From positions 128,760 through 192,759 of the forward strand of contig JALHSP010000056.1 of the NCBI GenBank assembly GCA_022865305.1: 64,000 bases of DNA, written 5' to 3'. The position numbers and the translations under genes are program-made. Positions within the stretch are counted from its first letter, which is position 1; every line of letters begins with the position of its first letter. The notes below the pieces were generated by a model. It was not told where the DNA came from. It searched no databases and was given only the letters and a program-made list of their open reading frames with translations. Of this stretch, positions 17,923 to 27,876 are shown in pieces. This stretch comes from Bacteroidales bacterium. Its GTDB lineage: Bacteria > Bacteroidota > Bacteroidia > Bacteroidales > VadinHA17.

Positions 17923-20043
17923 TTATTCAACATATTTATTCAGATTTTCCCATTTGACCTTCCATTTGCCGTTATGGGGGAACTGATCTGAAACGCACAT
18001 CTTTGCAACAGCTGTAAGCAATCCTCCGTTGCCAGGCAGGTAAATCGCCAGTCTTGCATCCTGGTAATTATGACCGTTAAGCAGATAGCGGTTCTTTGGT
18101 GCATCCATTAATAAAAAATCGATAGCCTGTTCTGCCCTGCCGATGGATGCTGCTGACATGGCAAGCATCGGGAAATCCCAGCCCCAGGTTGACCTCCAGT
18201 TCCATTTTTTCATAATTGTATCAAGTGAATTTCCAAGGATATCCCTGTCAACCAGCCTGGTTTCCGGCAATACACCAAAGATACCTGAAACAATCGGATG
18301 ATCACTCATATACCGGGGATTAATATAAGAATCCTTTGTATCCTCTGAACACAAGTATAAACCGTCCTGAACTGCCAGACTGGAAATCTTTTCAGTAATG
18401 TCAGCCCACTCCGGTACAGGATCAAGATTTAATCGTCTCCTCCATTCCTGTGCCGTTTTCAGGCCCCAGTACCAGTAAACAAGTTCGAAAGCCGGGTTGA
18501 TTGTAGATTCCAGCCTGAGTCTTTCCTGAGCAGGAATTAAAACCGGACCGAGGATATAACGGTTTCCTGTACTGTCAAACCAGGCATAAGAAGACATAAA
18601 ATCAGCAGTAGCAAATACCAGGTTTCCATATTTTTTAAGGACTTCTTCTTTATTGACAGCATTTTTATAGAGAAGTTCAGCAAAAAAGATGAAATGAGGT
18701 TGCTGCCAGATCAGGTAGGTTCCTACGGTGCTGGGGCTCTCCCTTCCATCCGGACCAACCATCTTTGGCCACCTTACTCCTTCATATCCCTGATGCTGTG
18801 CAGTCTGACGTGCCTTATCAAAAATGTTAAAATAATATTTCATTTGCTTCTCAAGAACCTGTTCCCGCTGCCATAATGCAAAATGGACAGCATGCCACCA
18901 ATGCATCTCAAGATGAAACTTACCAAACCAGCTGTTGTAGGTAAGTCCTGTTTCTGCAGGAGGCAATGATCCGCTGCACTGTACCTTTGTGAGATATTGT
19001 GACAGGATCACACGTCTTTCAAGTTCAGATGCCCGTGGATCCGTACACTTCGAAAAATCAACTGCCCCTCCACCAGACCAGAATTCCTCCCAGCTTTTCC
19101 TGTTAGCTTCTTCAACCATACTGAAGTCATCTGTTTTTTGGTTAATCATGGTTTTACTGAAGCAGCATGAGAATTCAAATATTGAATCTGTCTGGGCCGG
19201 TTCAATAAAATAAAGGTGCTGTGAAGCCTTACTGATACCAGCATTTTTATGCTTTACTTTCACAAAGTACCTGTCATTATCCTGTACCCTTTCAAAAAGA
19301 GTCTCATCATTTTCATCTGACAAAATTCCGGTATAGTGCTTATCAGGCTCATTAAAATCATAGCTATTCGGAGTAGAAACCCCGAGTGGAAAATGTATCT
19401 TTATTTTAAGGCGCTTCTCCGCGATCAATTCTGTAGAAATTCTGACAGAAATCACATCGAGATCAGGATGACAAACGGTTCTTACCTGAACAGGTATTTC
19501 GTCCACAGTAAACCTGCTGTCAATTTCTCCGGTCCAGAGATTAAGTTTCTGAACAGGATTCTTCATGTCATCTATATCTATTTCGGATCCGTCTTTCCTG
19601 TTTATTTGCAATCCGATCATTCCCAGATGAATACGATGAGGATTTGCCCTCAGCCATGCGGAAGCGGCTGCTTTCCTCGTATCCTCACCGGCACTGATCT
19701 GCCGGATATACTCAACAGGTCGTCCATGAACATCATAGGTTCTGTAATTATCTGAGAGCTTGAAATTTTCAGGATTTGGTCCGGTATGCCATCCCCAGTT
19801 CGACATTGTTCCGAGTGAAATTCCTTTGGAATAAAACTCAGGAAATGTCTGCAAACCAGTGATATCAACTGTAAATGCAAATTCTCCGTTTCCTACGGTT
19901 AGTGAATTCAGGCTATCAATAACAGAGTTTTCAATATTATGACGGGTCACCAGCGAAAACCTGTCAATTACAGGATTTTTGCTGCAACTAATTAACAATA
20001 TGATTGTTGCGGGAATAAACCAATATAAGCAGACTTTCTTCAT
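17923..20043 (-). CDS. large lipoprotein, possibly a glycoside hydrolase (family not recognised)
   Basis: 706-aa ORF with lipobox ILLISCS. Trp/aromatic-rich C-terminal half (GKFHLEMHWWHAVHFALWQ). It lies directly upstream of GH16 in the same orientation. Confidence 0.4.
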   Translation of the reverse strand: MKKVCLYWFIPATIILLISCSKNPVIDRFSLVTRHNIENSVIDSLNSLTVGNGEFAFTVDITGLQTFPEFYSKGISLGTMSNWGWHTGPNPENFKLSDNYRTYDVHGRPVEYIRQISAGEDTRKAAASAWLRANPHRIHLGMIGLQINRKDGSEIDIDDMKNPVQKLNLWTGEIDSRFTVDEIPVQVRTVCHPDLDVISVRISTELIAEKRLKIKIHFPLGVSTPNSYDFNEPDKHYTGILSDENDETLFERVQDNDRYFVKVKHKNAGISKASQHLYFIEPAQTDSIFEFSCCFSKTMINQKTDDFSMVEEANRKSWEEFWSGGGAVDFSKCTDPRASELERRVILSQYLTKVQCSGSLPPAETGLTYNSWFGKFHLEMHWWHAVHFALWQREQVLEKQMKYYFNIFDKARQTAQHQGYEGVRWPKMVGPDGRESPSTVGTYLIWQQPHFIFFAELLYKNAVNKEEVLKKYGNLVFATADFMSSYAWFDSTGNRYILGPVLIPAQERLRLESTINPAFELVYWYWGLKTAQEWRRRLNLDPVPEWADITEKISSLAVQDGLYLCSEDTKDSYINPRYMSDHPIVSGIFGVLPETRLVDRDILGNSLDTIMKKWNWRSTWGWDFPMLAMSAASIGRAEQAIDFLLMDAPKNRYLLNGHNYQDARLAIYLPGNGGLLTAVAKMCVSDQFPHNGKWKVKWENLNKYVE

Positions 20044-20138
20044 CAGTATAATCCGGTTGAAATGTTAAAGTTAAAAGTTTTAGTCTACTTTTTTCACTTA
20101 TTTTTGAGATTCAACAATCAATCCGGAATCATAGGATT

Positions 20139-21302
20139 ATGGTTCCGGGAAGTATACTATTTATTTGTAAATCAGGTGAGATTGTGGACGCTGAAATAAC
20201 TGTAATCGGAGCAGGAGTAATTGGACTGGCAATAGCTGAAAAAGTTACGGAAGAGTATAACAATGTTTTTCTAATTGAAAAACACGAGACATTCGGACAG
20301 GAGACAAGCAGCCGAAACAGTGAGGTGATTCATGCCGGCATTTATTACCCGGAAGGCAGCCTTAAGTCAAAATTATGTATTGAAGGGAAATGGCTGTTAT
20401 ATGAATATTGTAAGAAACATGATATTCCATATAAAAATTGCGGTAAGCTGATTGTAGCCACTTCAGCAGAAGAAATACCTGTTATTGAAGGTATAAGAGA
20501 AAACGCACTCAGGAACGGAGTTGATGATCTTACTGTATTGAACAGGGAACAGGTTGCTGTTCTGGAGCCCAATATTTATGCATTAAAAGCTATTTTTTCT
20601 CCTTCAACGGGAATTATAGATACACACTCCCTGATGAAACGGTTTGAAACCAGAATCCTGAATAATGGTGGCCAGATAGTGTACAGGAGCGAAGTTACGG
20701 GCATTAAAAAGATTGAAAAAGGTTATGAGATCACTCTGCTGGATGCAGATAATAAATATTTCTGTTTTACCAGCAGGATTGTAATCAATTCCGGAGGACT
20801 TACTTCAGACAAGGTTTCGGAAATGGCAGGTATACGGGATGAGAGACTGAAAATTCACTTCTGCAAAGGGGAATATTTCAGGATAAATCCTCCGAAGAAC
20901 AAGCTGATCAACAGGCTTGTATACCCTGTACCTCATCACAATATGGAAGGAATAGGGATTCATGTAACAGTTGATATGGGTGGTGGTGTAAAACTGGGAC
21001 CTGATGTAACATACCTGGATTCGAATATTTATGATTACAGGATTTCACAGTCAAAACAGGAGGCTTTTTGGAGATCGGTAAGTAAGTTTCTTCCTTTTCT
21101 GGGATATGATGACATTTCCCCGGAGATGGCAGGTATCCGCCCGAAAATTCAAAAAGCCGGAGAACCAATCAGGGACTTTTATATTATGGAAGAGACCAAA
21201 AACGGGTATCCCGGTTTTATTAACCTGATTGGAATGGAATCGCCAGGATTGACTTCCTCGATTGCAATAGCAAATTATATATTAACACTTATCAGAAATT
21301 AA
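20139..21302 (+). CDS. FAD-dependent oxidoreductase, L-2-hydroxyglutarate oxidase (LhgO)-like
   Basis: VIGAGVIGLAIA dinucleotide fold, SRNSEVIHAGIYY and CKGEYFR motifs arranged colinearly as in the LhgO family. Confidence 0.65.
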   Translation: MVPGSILFICKSGEIVDAEITVIGAGVIGLAIAEKVTEEYNNVFLIEKHETFGQETSSRNSEVIHAGIYYPEGSLKSKLCIEGKWLLYEYCKKHDIPYKNCGKLIVATSAEEIPVIEGIRENALRNGVDDLTVLNREQVAVLEPNIYALKAIFSPSTGIIDTHSLMKRFETRILNNGGQIVYRSEVTGIKKIEKGYEITLLDADNKYFCFTSRIVINSGGLTSDKVSEMAGIRDERLKIHFCKGEYFRINPPKNKLINRLVYPVPHHNMEGIGIHVTVDMGGGVKLGPDVTYLDSNIYDYRISQSKQEAFWRSVSKFLPFLGYDDISPEMAGIRPKIQKAGEPIRDFYIMEETKNGYPGFINLIGMESPGLTSSIAIANYILTLIRN

Positions 21303-21354
21303 TAAATAATTGGTTAATTTTAATCTCTTCTTTTTACTCTAAAATAAAAACAGT

Positions 21355-22203
21355 ATGAATATGAAATCAAGAAATTATATAAGCAGACTATTTCCTCTGC
21401 TAATACTTCTCCTTATATCTGCCGGTTTACTGGCACAGGAAAATAAGAACAATAAAGGTTTCGTTCCTGAAGTCGGACAGCAGGGTAAAGATGTGGTATG
21501 GGTACCAACACCTCAGGAACTTGTTGATACCATGCTTTCCATTGCAAATGTTACACCTGACGATTATCTTATTGATCTTGGCTCAGGTGATGGAAGGACT
21601 GTTATCACCGCTGCAAAGATTGGAGCACATGCTCTTGGAGTTGAGTACAATCCCGAAATGGTGGCACTCTCCAAAAGAAATGCTGAGCTTGATGGCGTGA
21701 CGGATAAAGCTGAGTTCATCGAGGGAGACCTTTATGAGCTTGATCTTTCAAAAGCAACAGTAATCACAATGTTTCTTCTTCCGGAGATAAACCTGAAGCT
21801 AAGACCGAGACTACTCAATCTCAAACCCGGGACCAGGATAGTCTCAAATACTTTTACAATGGGCGAATGGGAAGCCGATTACGAGGTGGATACAGAGGAA
21901 AACTGGAACAGCTGGAATACTGCACTTTTATGGATCATACCTGCTAAAGTTGAAGGAACCTGGAAAATAGGACAGGACGAACTTTCTTTAACCCAGGAAT
22001 TCCAATTCATTCATGGGAAACTTAATAACAAGGAAAAGTCATCTCCAATTTCAGATGGCAGACTCCGGGGCAATGAAATAACTTTCAAAGTTAACGGAGC
22101 CTTGTATATAGGCACTGTCAACGGAACAAAAATGCTCGGAACAGCTACAATTGATAGTGATGGGCGTAAATGGGACTGGTCTGCAACGCGATCAGGATCC
22201 TGA
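21355..22203 (+). CDS. class I SAM-dependent methyltransferase with N-terminal signal/anchor
   Basis: Motif I LIDLGSGDGR is preceded by the hydrophobic N-terminus RLFPLLILLLISAGLLAQ. A C-terminal ~110-aa extra domain is present. Confidence 0.65.
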   Translation: MNMKSRNYISRLFPLLILLLISAGLLAQENKNNKGFVPEVGQQGKDVVWVPTPQELVDTMLSIANVTPDDYLIDLGSGDGRTVITAAKIGAHALGVEYNPEMVALSKRNAELDGVTDKAEFIEGDLYELDLSKATVITMFLLPEINLKLRPRLLNLKPGTRIVSNTFTMGEWEADYEVDTEENWNSWNTALLWIIPAKVEGTWKIGQDELSLTQEFQFIHGKLNNKEKSSPISDGRLRGNEITFKVNGALYIGTVNGTKMLGTATIDSDGRKWDWSATRSGS

Positions 22204-22205
22204 AA

Positions 22206-22889
22206 TTACAGGGATAAAGCTCTCTTCATTACTTCAACAGGAAACGGATTCCCATGACCCGGGAAAATTGTTCGGGCACCTCTTCCGATCAATATTTTCC
22301 AGCTTTCTTTTACTTTTTCAATATCCAGTGCAAAAATAGGCAAACCCGGATTTAACCTGAAAGGAAAATTGTTATGAGCCATGCATCCCACAAACGCTTC
22401 CCCTGAATCAAGCAGTACGCTTAATGATCCGGGCGTGTGACCGGGGGTATGAACAATCCTTCCTTCTATTCCAAATTCGCTAAGGGAAAGACCCTTATCG
22501 TTCACTAAAATATCAGCCTTTGGCCTGGGGAAAGAGAGCTTGCTGAAAAATGGAAATAACAGTGGCTTTAAAATCTTACCGTAAGTGTTAACTCCCTTTG
22601 GGATAATCATGCCGCTTTCCTCTAAATAGCTTCTTTCAATTTCATGAATAACTATTTTTGCACCGGTCAAATCCCTTATCTCTTTGGCAGATCCGGCATG
22701 ATCAAAATGTGAATGTGTGAGGACTATTAACTTGATATCCTCCGACCGAATATGCAATCTTGCAAGTTTCCTTTTAAAAGATCTGATTTTATTCGGCATA
22801 CCTGCATCTACCATTATTTTTCCCTTACTCCCTCCTATAAGGTAACAGCTGTTTAAGCCAAGTTTGAGATGATAAATATCTGTTGTCAT
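22206..22889 (-). CDS. MBL-fold metallo-hydrolase
   Basis: HSHFDH (HxHxDH) motif plus a later HTPGH. Confidence 0.75.
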   Translation of the reverse strand: MTTDIYHLKLGLNSCYLIGGSKGKIMVDAGMPNKIRSFKRKLARLHIRSEDIKLIVLTHSHFDHAGSAKEIRDLTGAKIVIHEIERSYLEESGMIIPKGVNTYGKILKPLLFPFFSKLSFPRPKADILVNDKGLSLSEFGIEGRIVHTPGHTPGSLSVLLDSGEAFVGCMAHNNFPFRLNPGLPIFALDIEKVKESWKILIGRGARTIFPGHGNPFPVEVMKRALSL

Positions 22890-23015
22890 GTTAAATGAAT
22901 ATCTCAGGATTCCGGAAGTGAATTAAATTACGATCTGCCATCCAGATACTAAAAGTAAATTTACGAATAGTCTGTAGAATAATGAACCAGTTTTACAGGA
23001 ATTTTATCTCTTAAC

Positions 23016-25034
23016 TTACCGGGATTTACTTTTAAGGAGTTTCTGCAGATCAGCCATTTCATCCCTGAATCTCGCAGCTTCAACAAAATTCAGCTCTGAA
23101 GCAGCTTTTTCCATGTTCTTTCTTGTTTTTTCAATCGCCTTTTCAAGAGCTTCCCGGTTCATATATTTTACTACCGGGTCAGCAGCAATATCGGGCTTCT
23201 CAGGTTCAAAATATGCTTTAACCGATACGCCCTTCTTTCTTAATCCGGAAATGATTGAACCGGTTTTTCTTACAATCTGTGCCGGGGTGATACCCATTTC
23301 TTCGTTGTATTTAAGCTGTTTATTCCTGCGCCTGTTTGTTTCATTTATTGTCAGCTGCATACTTCCGGTTATTTTATCGGCATACATAATAACCTTTCCG
23401 TTCAGGTTGCGTGCCGCTCTTCCGGCAGTCTGCGTAAGGGATCTGGAGGATCTCAGAAATCCCTCCTTGTCGGCATCAAGTATTGCGACCAGCGAGACTT
23501 CTGGAAGATCGAGTCCCTCCCTGAGAAGGTTAACGCCGACAAGCACGTCAAATTCACCTGTGCGTAGTCCTTCCATAATCTCAATACGTTCAATGGTATC
23601 AATATCTGAATGGATATAACGGCATCTTATATCATGTCTTAAAAGGTAAGCGACCAGCTCTTCAGCCATCCTTTTGGTAATTGTTGTCACCAGAGTTCTC
23701 TCTCCCGACTTGGTTCTCAGGCGGATTTCATCCATAAGGTCATCGATCTGGTTAAGGCTTGGTTTTACCTCTATTGGCGGATCAAGAAGACCGGTGGGTC
23801 TTATCACCTGATCGACAAATACTCCTTCGCTTTTTTCCAGTTCGTAATCAGCCGGTGTTGCGCTTACATAAATAATCTGTCCTGTCAGTGACTCAAATTC
23901 TTCAAGCCGCATCGGTCTGTTATCAAGGGCTGCAGGCAGCCTGAATCCGTATTCAACCAGGGTTTGTTTACGGGAATGATCACCTCCATACATTCCACGA
24001 ATCTGAGGAACACTGACGTGGCTTTCATCAATAATAGTAATGAAATTATCGGGGAAATAGTCGAGAAGACAGAACGGCCTTGTACCAGGAGCCCTGCCGT
24101 CAAAATAACGGGAATAGTTTTCAATACCGCTGCAATAGCCAAGCTCTTTTATCATCTCGAGGTCGTACATTACCCTCTGTTCAAGCCTCCTGGCCTCTTC
24201 CTTTTTACCAATATCATTAAAATGTGTTACCTGGCGTACGAGGTCATCCTGAATTAGTCCGATGGCCTGGTTTATTCTGTCTCTTGTTGTGACGAATATA
24301 TTTGCCGGATAAACAATGTATTCATTTAACTCCTCAAGCCGGTTACCATCAACCGGATTAAAGGTATAGATTTCCTCAATCTGGTCACCGAAAAATATTA
24401 CTCTTACAGCTATATCGGCATAAGCAGGGAAAATATCAACGGTATCTCCTCTCACCCTGAAAGTGCCGTGTCTGAATTCGAGTTCATTACGTGAATAGAG
24501 GCTGTCAACAAGCTTGCGGAGAAAATGATTTCTGCCGGTTTTCTGACCTTTAACTATCTGAACTGTATTTGAATGATAATCATCAGGATTTCCAATTCCA
24601 TAAATACATGATACTGAAGAGACTACAATAACATCACGCCGTCCTGAAAGAAGCGATGATGTTGCACTGAGGCGAAGCTTTTCAATATCCTCATTAATGG
24701 AAAGATCTTTCTCAATGTAAGTGTCAGAAACCGGAAGATATGCTTCGGGTTGATAATAATCGTAATATGAGACAAAGTATTCAACCCTGTTCTCAGGGAA
24801 AAACTGCCGGAACTCTCCGTAAAGCTGTGCAGCAAGTGTTTTGTTGTGGCTAAGTACAAGAACAGGTCTCTGTACTTTTTCTATTACATTAGCTATTGTG
24901 AATGTTTTTCCTGAGCCTGTCACACCAAGAAGTGTCTGATAAGGAACTCCCTTTTCAAGGCTATCAACAAGTTGCTTAATGGCTTCCGGCTGGTCACCGG
25001 TAGGCACAAAATCCGATACTAGTTTAAAATCCAT
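23016..25034 (-). CDS. uvrB: excinuclease ABC subunit B
   Basis: 672 aa with Walker A GVTGSGKT, helicase motifs and the C-terminal UVR domain (AARFRDEM). Confidence 0.95.
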   Translation of the reverse strand: MDFKLVSDFVPTGDQPEAIKQLVDSLEKGVPYQTLLGVTGSGKTFTIANVIEKVQRPVLVLSHNKTLAAQLYGEFRQFFPENRVEYFVSYYDYYQPEAYLPVSDTYIEKDLSINEDIEKLRLSATSSLLSGRRDVIVVSSVSCIYGIGNPDDYHSNTVQIVKGQKTGRNHFLRKLVDSLYSRNELEFRHGTFRVRGDTVDIFPAYADIAVRVIFFGDQIEEIYTFNPVDGNRLEELNEYIVYPANIFVTTRDRINQAIGLIQDDLVRQVTHFNDIGKKEEARRLEQRVMYDLEMIKELGYCSGIENYSRYFDGRAPGTRPFCLLDYFPDNFITIIDESHVSVPQIRGMYGGDHSRKQTLVEYGFRLPAALDNRPMRLEEFESLTGQIIYVSATPADYELEKSEGVFVDQVIRPTGLLDPPIEVKPSLNQIDDLMDEIRLRTKSGERTLVTTITKRMAEELVAYLLRHDIRCRYIHSDIDTIERIEIMEGLRTGEFDVLVGVNLLREGLDLPEVSLVAILDADKEGFLRSSRSLTQTAGRAARNLNGKVIMYADKITGSMQLTINETNRRRNKQLKYNEEMGITPAQIVRKTGSIISGLRKKGVSVKAYFEPEKPDIAADPVVKYMNREALEKAIEKTRKNMEKAASELNFVEAARFRDEMADLQKLLKSKSR

Positions 25035-25104
25035 TTATATCTATCCAGTCAACTATTATTTGAAATTCAGACAAACCTAAGCATTTTTTATGATGTATTA
25101 TTGC

Positions 25105-25183
25105 GCAAATATAATGTCCGGCGAAGTTACAAACTTCGCTTAGCCAAGGCAAATATAATGTTCGGCGAAGTCTGTGACTTCGT
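25105..25183 (-). repeat. tandem 35-nt hairpin-containing repeat (2 copies, 44-bp period) upstream of uvrB
   Basis: Copies at 25105-25139 and 25149-25183 are about 80% identical. Each holds an 8-bp-stem hairpin (25121-25139, 25165-25183) with a compensatory T-A to C-G change. On the minus strand each has a TATATTTG box. Confidence 0.7.
25106..25113 (-). promoter_or_regulatory. candidate Bacteroidota -7 box (TATATTTG) for uvrB, proximal copy
   Basis: Matches the TAnnTTTG consensus on the minus strand, 72 nt upstream of the uvrB ATG. A second identical box lies at 25150-25157. Confidence 0.3.
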
Positions 25184-25202
25184 CGGTAATAGCAGGAAAT
25201 CC

Positions 25203-25235
25203 AAAAAAAGAAAAGGCGCCATTTAAAGCGCCTTT
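25203..25235 (-). terminator. Rho-independent terminator of rpoD
   Basis: On the minus strand, AAAGGCGC-loop-GCGCCTTT (25212-25235) is followed by a T-rich run (TTCTTTTTTT). Confidence 0.7.
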
Positions 25236-25257
25236 ACCCTCCGGAAATCCGGTATAA

Positions 25258-26118
25258 CTAACCTAAATAACCCTTCAGTAATCTGCTACGTGAGGTGTGT
25301 CTTAACCTCCTGATTGCTTTCTCTTTTATCTGGCGTACTCTTTCGCGAGTTAATCCGAATTTTTCACCAATCTCTTCAAGGGTCATCTCCTGGCAGCCAA
25401 TGCCAAAGAAGAAACGGATAATATCTCTCTCCCTCTCAGTGAGTGTGGCAAGCGCCCTGTAAATTTCTCTTGAGAGTGATTCATCCATCAGAAGCTTGTC
25501 TGCAACCGGAGAATCGGTGTTTGTAAGCACATCGAGCAGACTGTTATCCTCACCTTCAATAAATGGTGCATCTACAGAAACGTGTCTGCCGGATACTTTA
25601 AGCGTATCGGTGACTTTTTCTTTTGGCAGCTCAAGCACATCAGCCAGCTCTTCCGGGGAAGGTGTCCGTTCATACTCCTGTTCAAATTTTGAGAATGCCT
25701 TATTAATTTTGTTAAGCGAACCGACCTGATTAAGAGGCAACCTTACTATTCTCGATTGCTCAGCAAGAGCCTGAAGTATAGATTGCCGTATCCACCAGAC
25801 CGCATAAGATATGAACTTGAAACCTCTTGTCTCATCGAATTTTTCGGCAGCTTTAATAAGACCCAGGTTGCCTTCATTTATAAGATCCGGAAGGCTGAGC
25901 CCCTGATTCTGATACTGTTTGGCAACAGAAACAACAAAGCGGAGGTTTGCTTTGGTGAGCTTTTCAAGAGCAGTTCTGTCACCTTTCTTAATCCGCTGAG
26001 CCAGTTCAACTTCTTCTTCAACCGAAATCAACTCTTCTTTACCAATTTCCTGCAGATACTTGTCAAGTGATGCACTTTCTCTGTTTGTTATGGATTTGGT
26101 AATCTTTAACTGTCTCAT
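25258..26118 (-). CDS. rpoD: primary RNA polymerase sigma factor (Bacteroidota sigma-A type)
   Basis: 286 aa with conserved regions 1.2 to 4.2 ([36 protein letters not shown]). Confidence 0.9.
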   Translation of the reverse strand: MRQLKITKSITNRESASLDKYLQEIGKEELISVEEEVELAQRIKKGDRTALEKLTKANLRFVVSVAKQYQNQGLSLPDLINEGNLGLIKAAEKFDETRGFKFISYAVWWIRQSILQALAEQSRIVRLPLNQVGSLNKINKAFSKFEQEYERTPSPEELADVLELPKEKVTDTLKVSGRHVSVDAPFIEGEDNSLLDVLTNTDSPVADKLLMDESLSREIYRALATLTERERDIIRFFFGIGCQEMTLEEIGEKFGLTRERVRQIKEKAIRRLRHTSRSRLLKGYLG

Positions 26119-26166
26119 TATGCTTTGAAAAAATTTTCGCGAAGTTAGTTCTTTTTCCTATATTAA

Positions 26167-26174
26167 CAAAATTA
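26167..26174 (-). promoter_or_regulatory. candidate -7 box (TAATTTTG) for rpoD
   Basis: Matches TAnnTTTG on the minus strand about 49 nt upstream of the rpoD ATG. It directly follows a hairpin (AACAGG..CCTGTT) that could terminate htrA. Confidence 0.3.
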
Positions 26175-26249
26175 AACAGGTATTGTTTTTAACAATTATC
26201 CTGTTTTTATTATAGTCTTGTTTATCAGATATTTACAGCCCTATTTTGA

Positions 26250-27698
26250 CTAGTTTCCGTACCTGAAATCAAAAATTCTTCCGTCAGAGAATATCCCTTT
26301 TATTGATTTTATGGATTTTTCATTGTTACTGGTCACCTGACGTACTTCATCAGCAGAATTTACTTTCTTATCATTTATGCTCAGAATAATAGTGCCTTTT
26401 TTAAGTCCCATATCCTTGAACAAGCCATCATTCAGTTCAGTGATTTTTACACCTTGATCAATATTATATGATCTCCTTTCCGATGTGCCCAGGGATTCAA
26501 GCCGTGCTCCAAAAACAACACCAACACCCATTCCGACTTTAACAACGTCGGTATTACCAGCAACATTTTTCAATGTAATGGGAACCGTACTTTCCTTGCC
26601 ATTTCTCAGGTAGGTTATAGTGGCCTTATCACCCGGACGATGTGACCCAATCTGTTCCTGGAGTTCAGCAACTGTACCAATATTTACATCGTCAAATTTT
26701 GTTATTACATCATTCGCTTTAAGGTTTGCATCAGCAGCAGAGCCTCCGTCCGTGACTTCGGTAATAAGAGCACCTTTTACCTCAGGCAGGTTTTGTTTTT
26801 CAGCTTCCGCGGAAGTGACATCTGTGATTTTTACACCTATAATTGCACGCTGTACTTCACCATATTGTCTCAGATCATTAATAACCTTTTTAACAATATT
26901 AACAGGTATGGCAAAAGAGTTGCCTGAATAAGCACCGCTTGGTGAATAAATTGCAGAAGTAATTCCAACCAGCTGCCCTTTTGTATCCACAAGTGCACCG
27001 CCGCTGTTCCCCATATTAAGAGCTGCGTCGGTCTGAATAAATGATTCAATCCTATAATCTCCTTCCAGCAGATTGAGATTTCTGCCTTTTGCACTTACTA
27101 TCCCGGCAGTAACTGTTGATGTCAGATTAAATGGATTGCCAACAGCAAGTACCCATTCACCTACCTTCAGCTTATCGGAATCTCCATACTTTAAAAATGA
27201 CAGATTTTCAGCTTTTATCCTGATAAGAGCGAGGTCTGTACTTGGATCCCGGCCAATAACCTGGGCAGGAAAGATCCTGTTATCATTCAGTTTTACCTCA
27301 ATATTTTCAGCATCTTCAACGACATGGTTGTTGGTGATTATATAACCGTCAGGTGAAATTATTACCCCCGAACCGATACCTTCAACCTCTCTCGGTCTGT
27401 TGCTGAAACGGTCGCCAAAGAACCATTCCATCGGATTTTGAGGTTGTTCGATCATCGTTTTGGTACGCACATGAACAACAGCATGAACAGTCTGCTCAGC
27501 TGCATATGTAAAATCTACCTGCCCTTCCTGCATCTGAAAAGAGGTCAGAATGGCCTGTGCATCAGATTCCTCAATCTTTGAACTGTCCTTTGCAACTGTT
27601 AAAGAGGGCTTTTCAATAATAGTTGTATAAGCAAATAAAGCTATCGCGGCTCCTATAAAAGCCATAAGCAGTCCACCTAATAAATACTTTCCTTTCAT
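26250..27698 (-). CDS. htrA: Do/HtrA-family periplasmic serine protease with two PDZ domains
   Basis: Catalytic triad contexts TNNHVV, DLALI and GNSGGAL. N-terminal membrane anchor/signal. Confidence 0.9.
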   Translation of the reverse strand: MKGKYLLGGLLMAFIGAAIALFAYTTIIEKPSLTVAKDSSKIEESDAQAILTSFQMQEGQVDFTYAAEQTVHAVVHVRTKTMIEQPQNPMEWFFGDRFSNRPREVEGIGSGVIISPDGYIITNNHVVEDAENIEVKLNDNRIFPAQVIGRDPSTDLALIRIKAENLSFLKYGDSDKLKVGEWVLAVGNPFNLTSTVTAGIVSAKGRNLNLLEGDYRIESFIQTDAALNMGNSGGALVDTKGQLVGITSAIYSPSGAYSGNSFAIPVNIVKKVINDLRQYGEVQRAIIGVKITDVTSAEAEKQNLPEVKGALITEVTDGGSAADANLKANDVITKFDDVNIGTVAELQEQIGSHRPGDKATITYLRNGKESTVPITLKNVAGNTDVVKVGMGVGVVFGARLESLGTSERRSYNIDQGVKITELNDGLFKDMGLKKGTIILSINDKKVNSADEVRQVTSNNEKSIKSIKGIFSDGRIFDFRYGN

Positions 27699-27876
27699 AA
27701 TTATCTAATTTTTATTATTACCTCATTTTTTTATTATCACCGGTTTATAAATATTATGCCTTAATAAAAGATTCATACCTTTATAACCGTTTTCTGACAA
27801 TTTTGTTTAACAAAGATCATGCTTTTTTTCTATGATCTTCAATATATTACGCAGAATTAACAACACTTTAACATTG

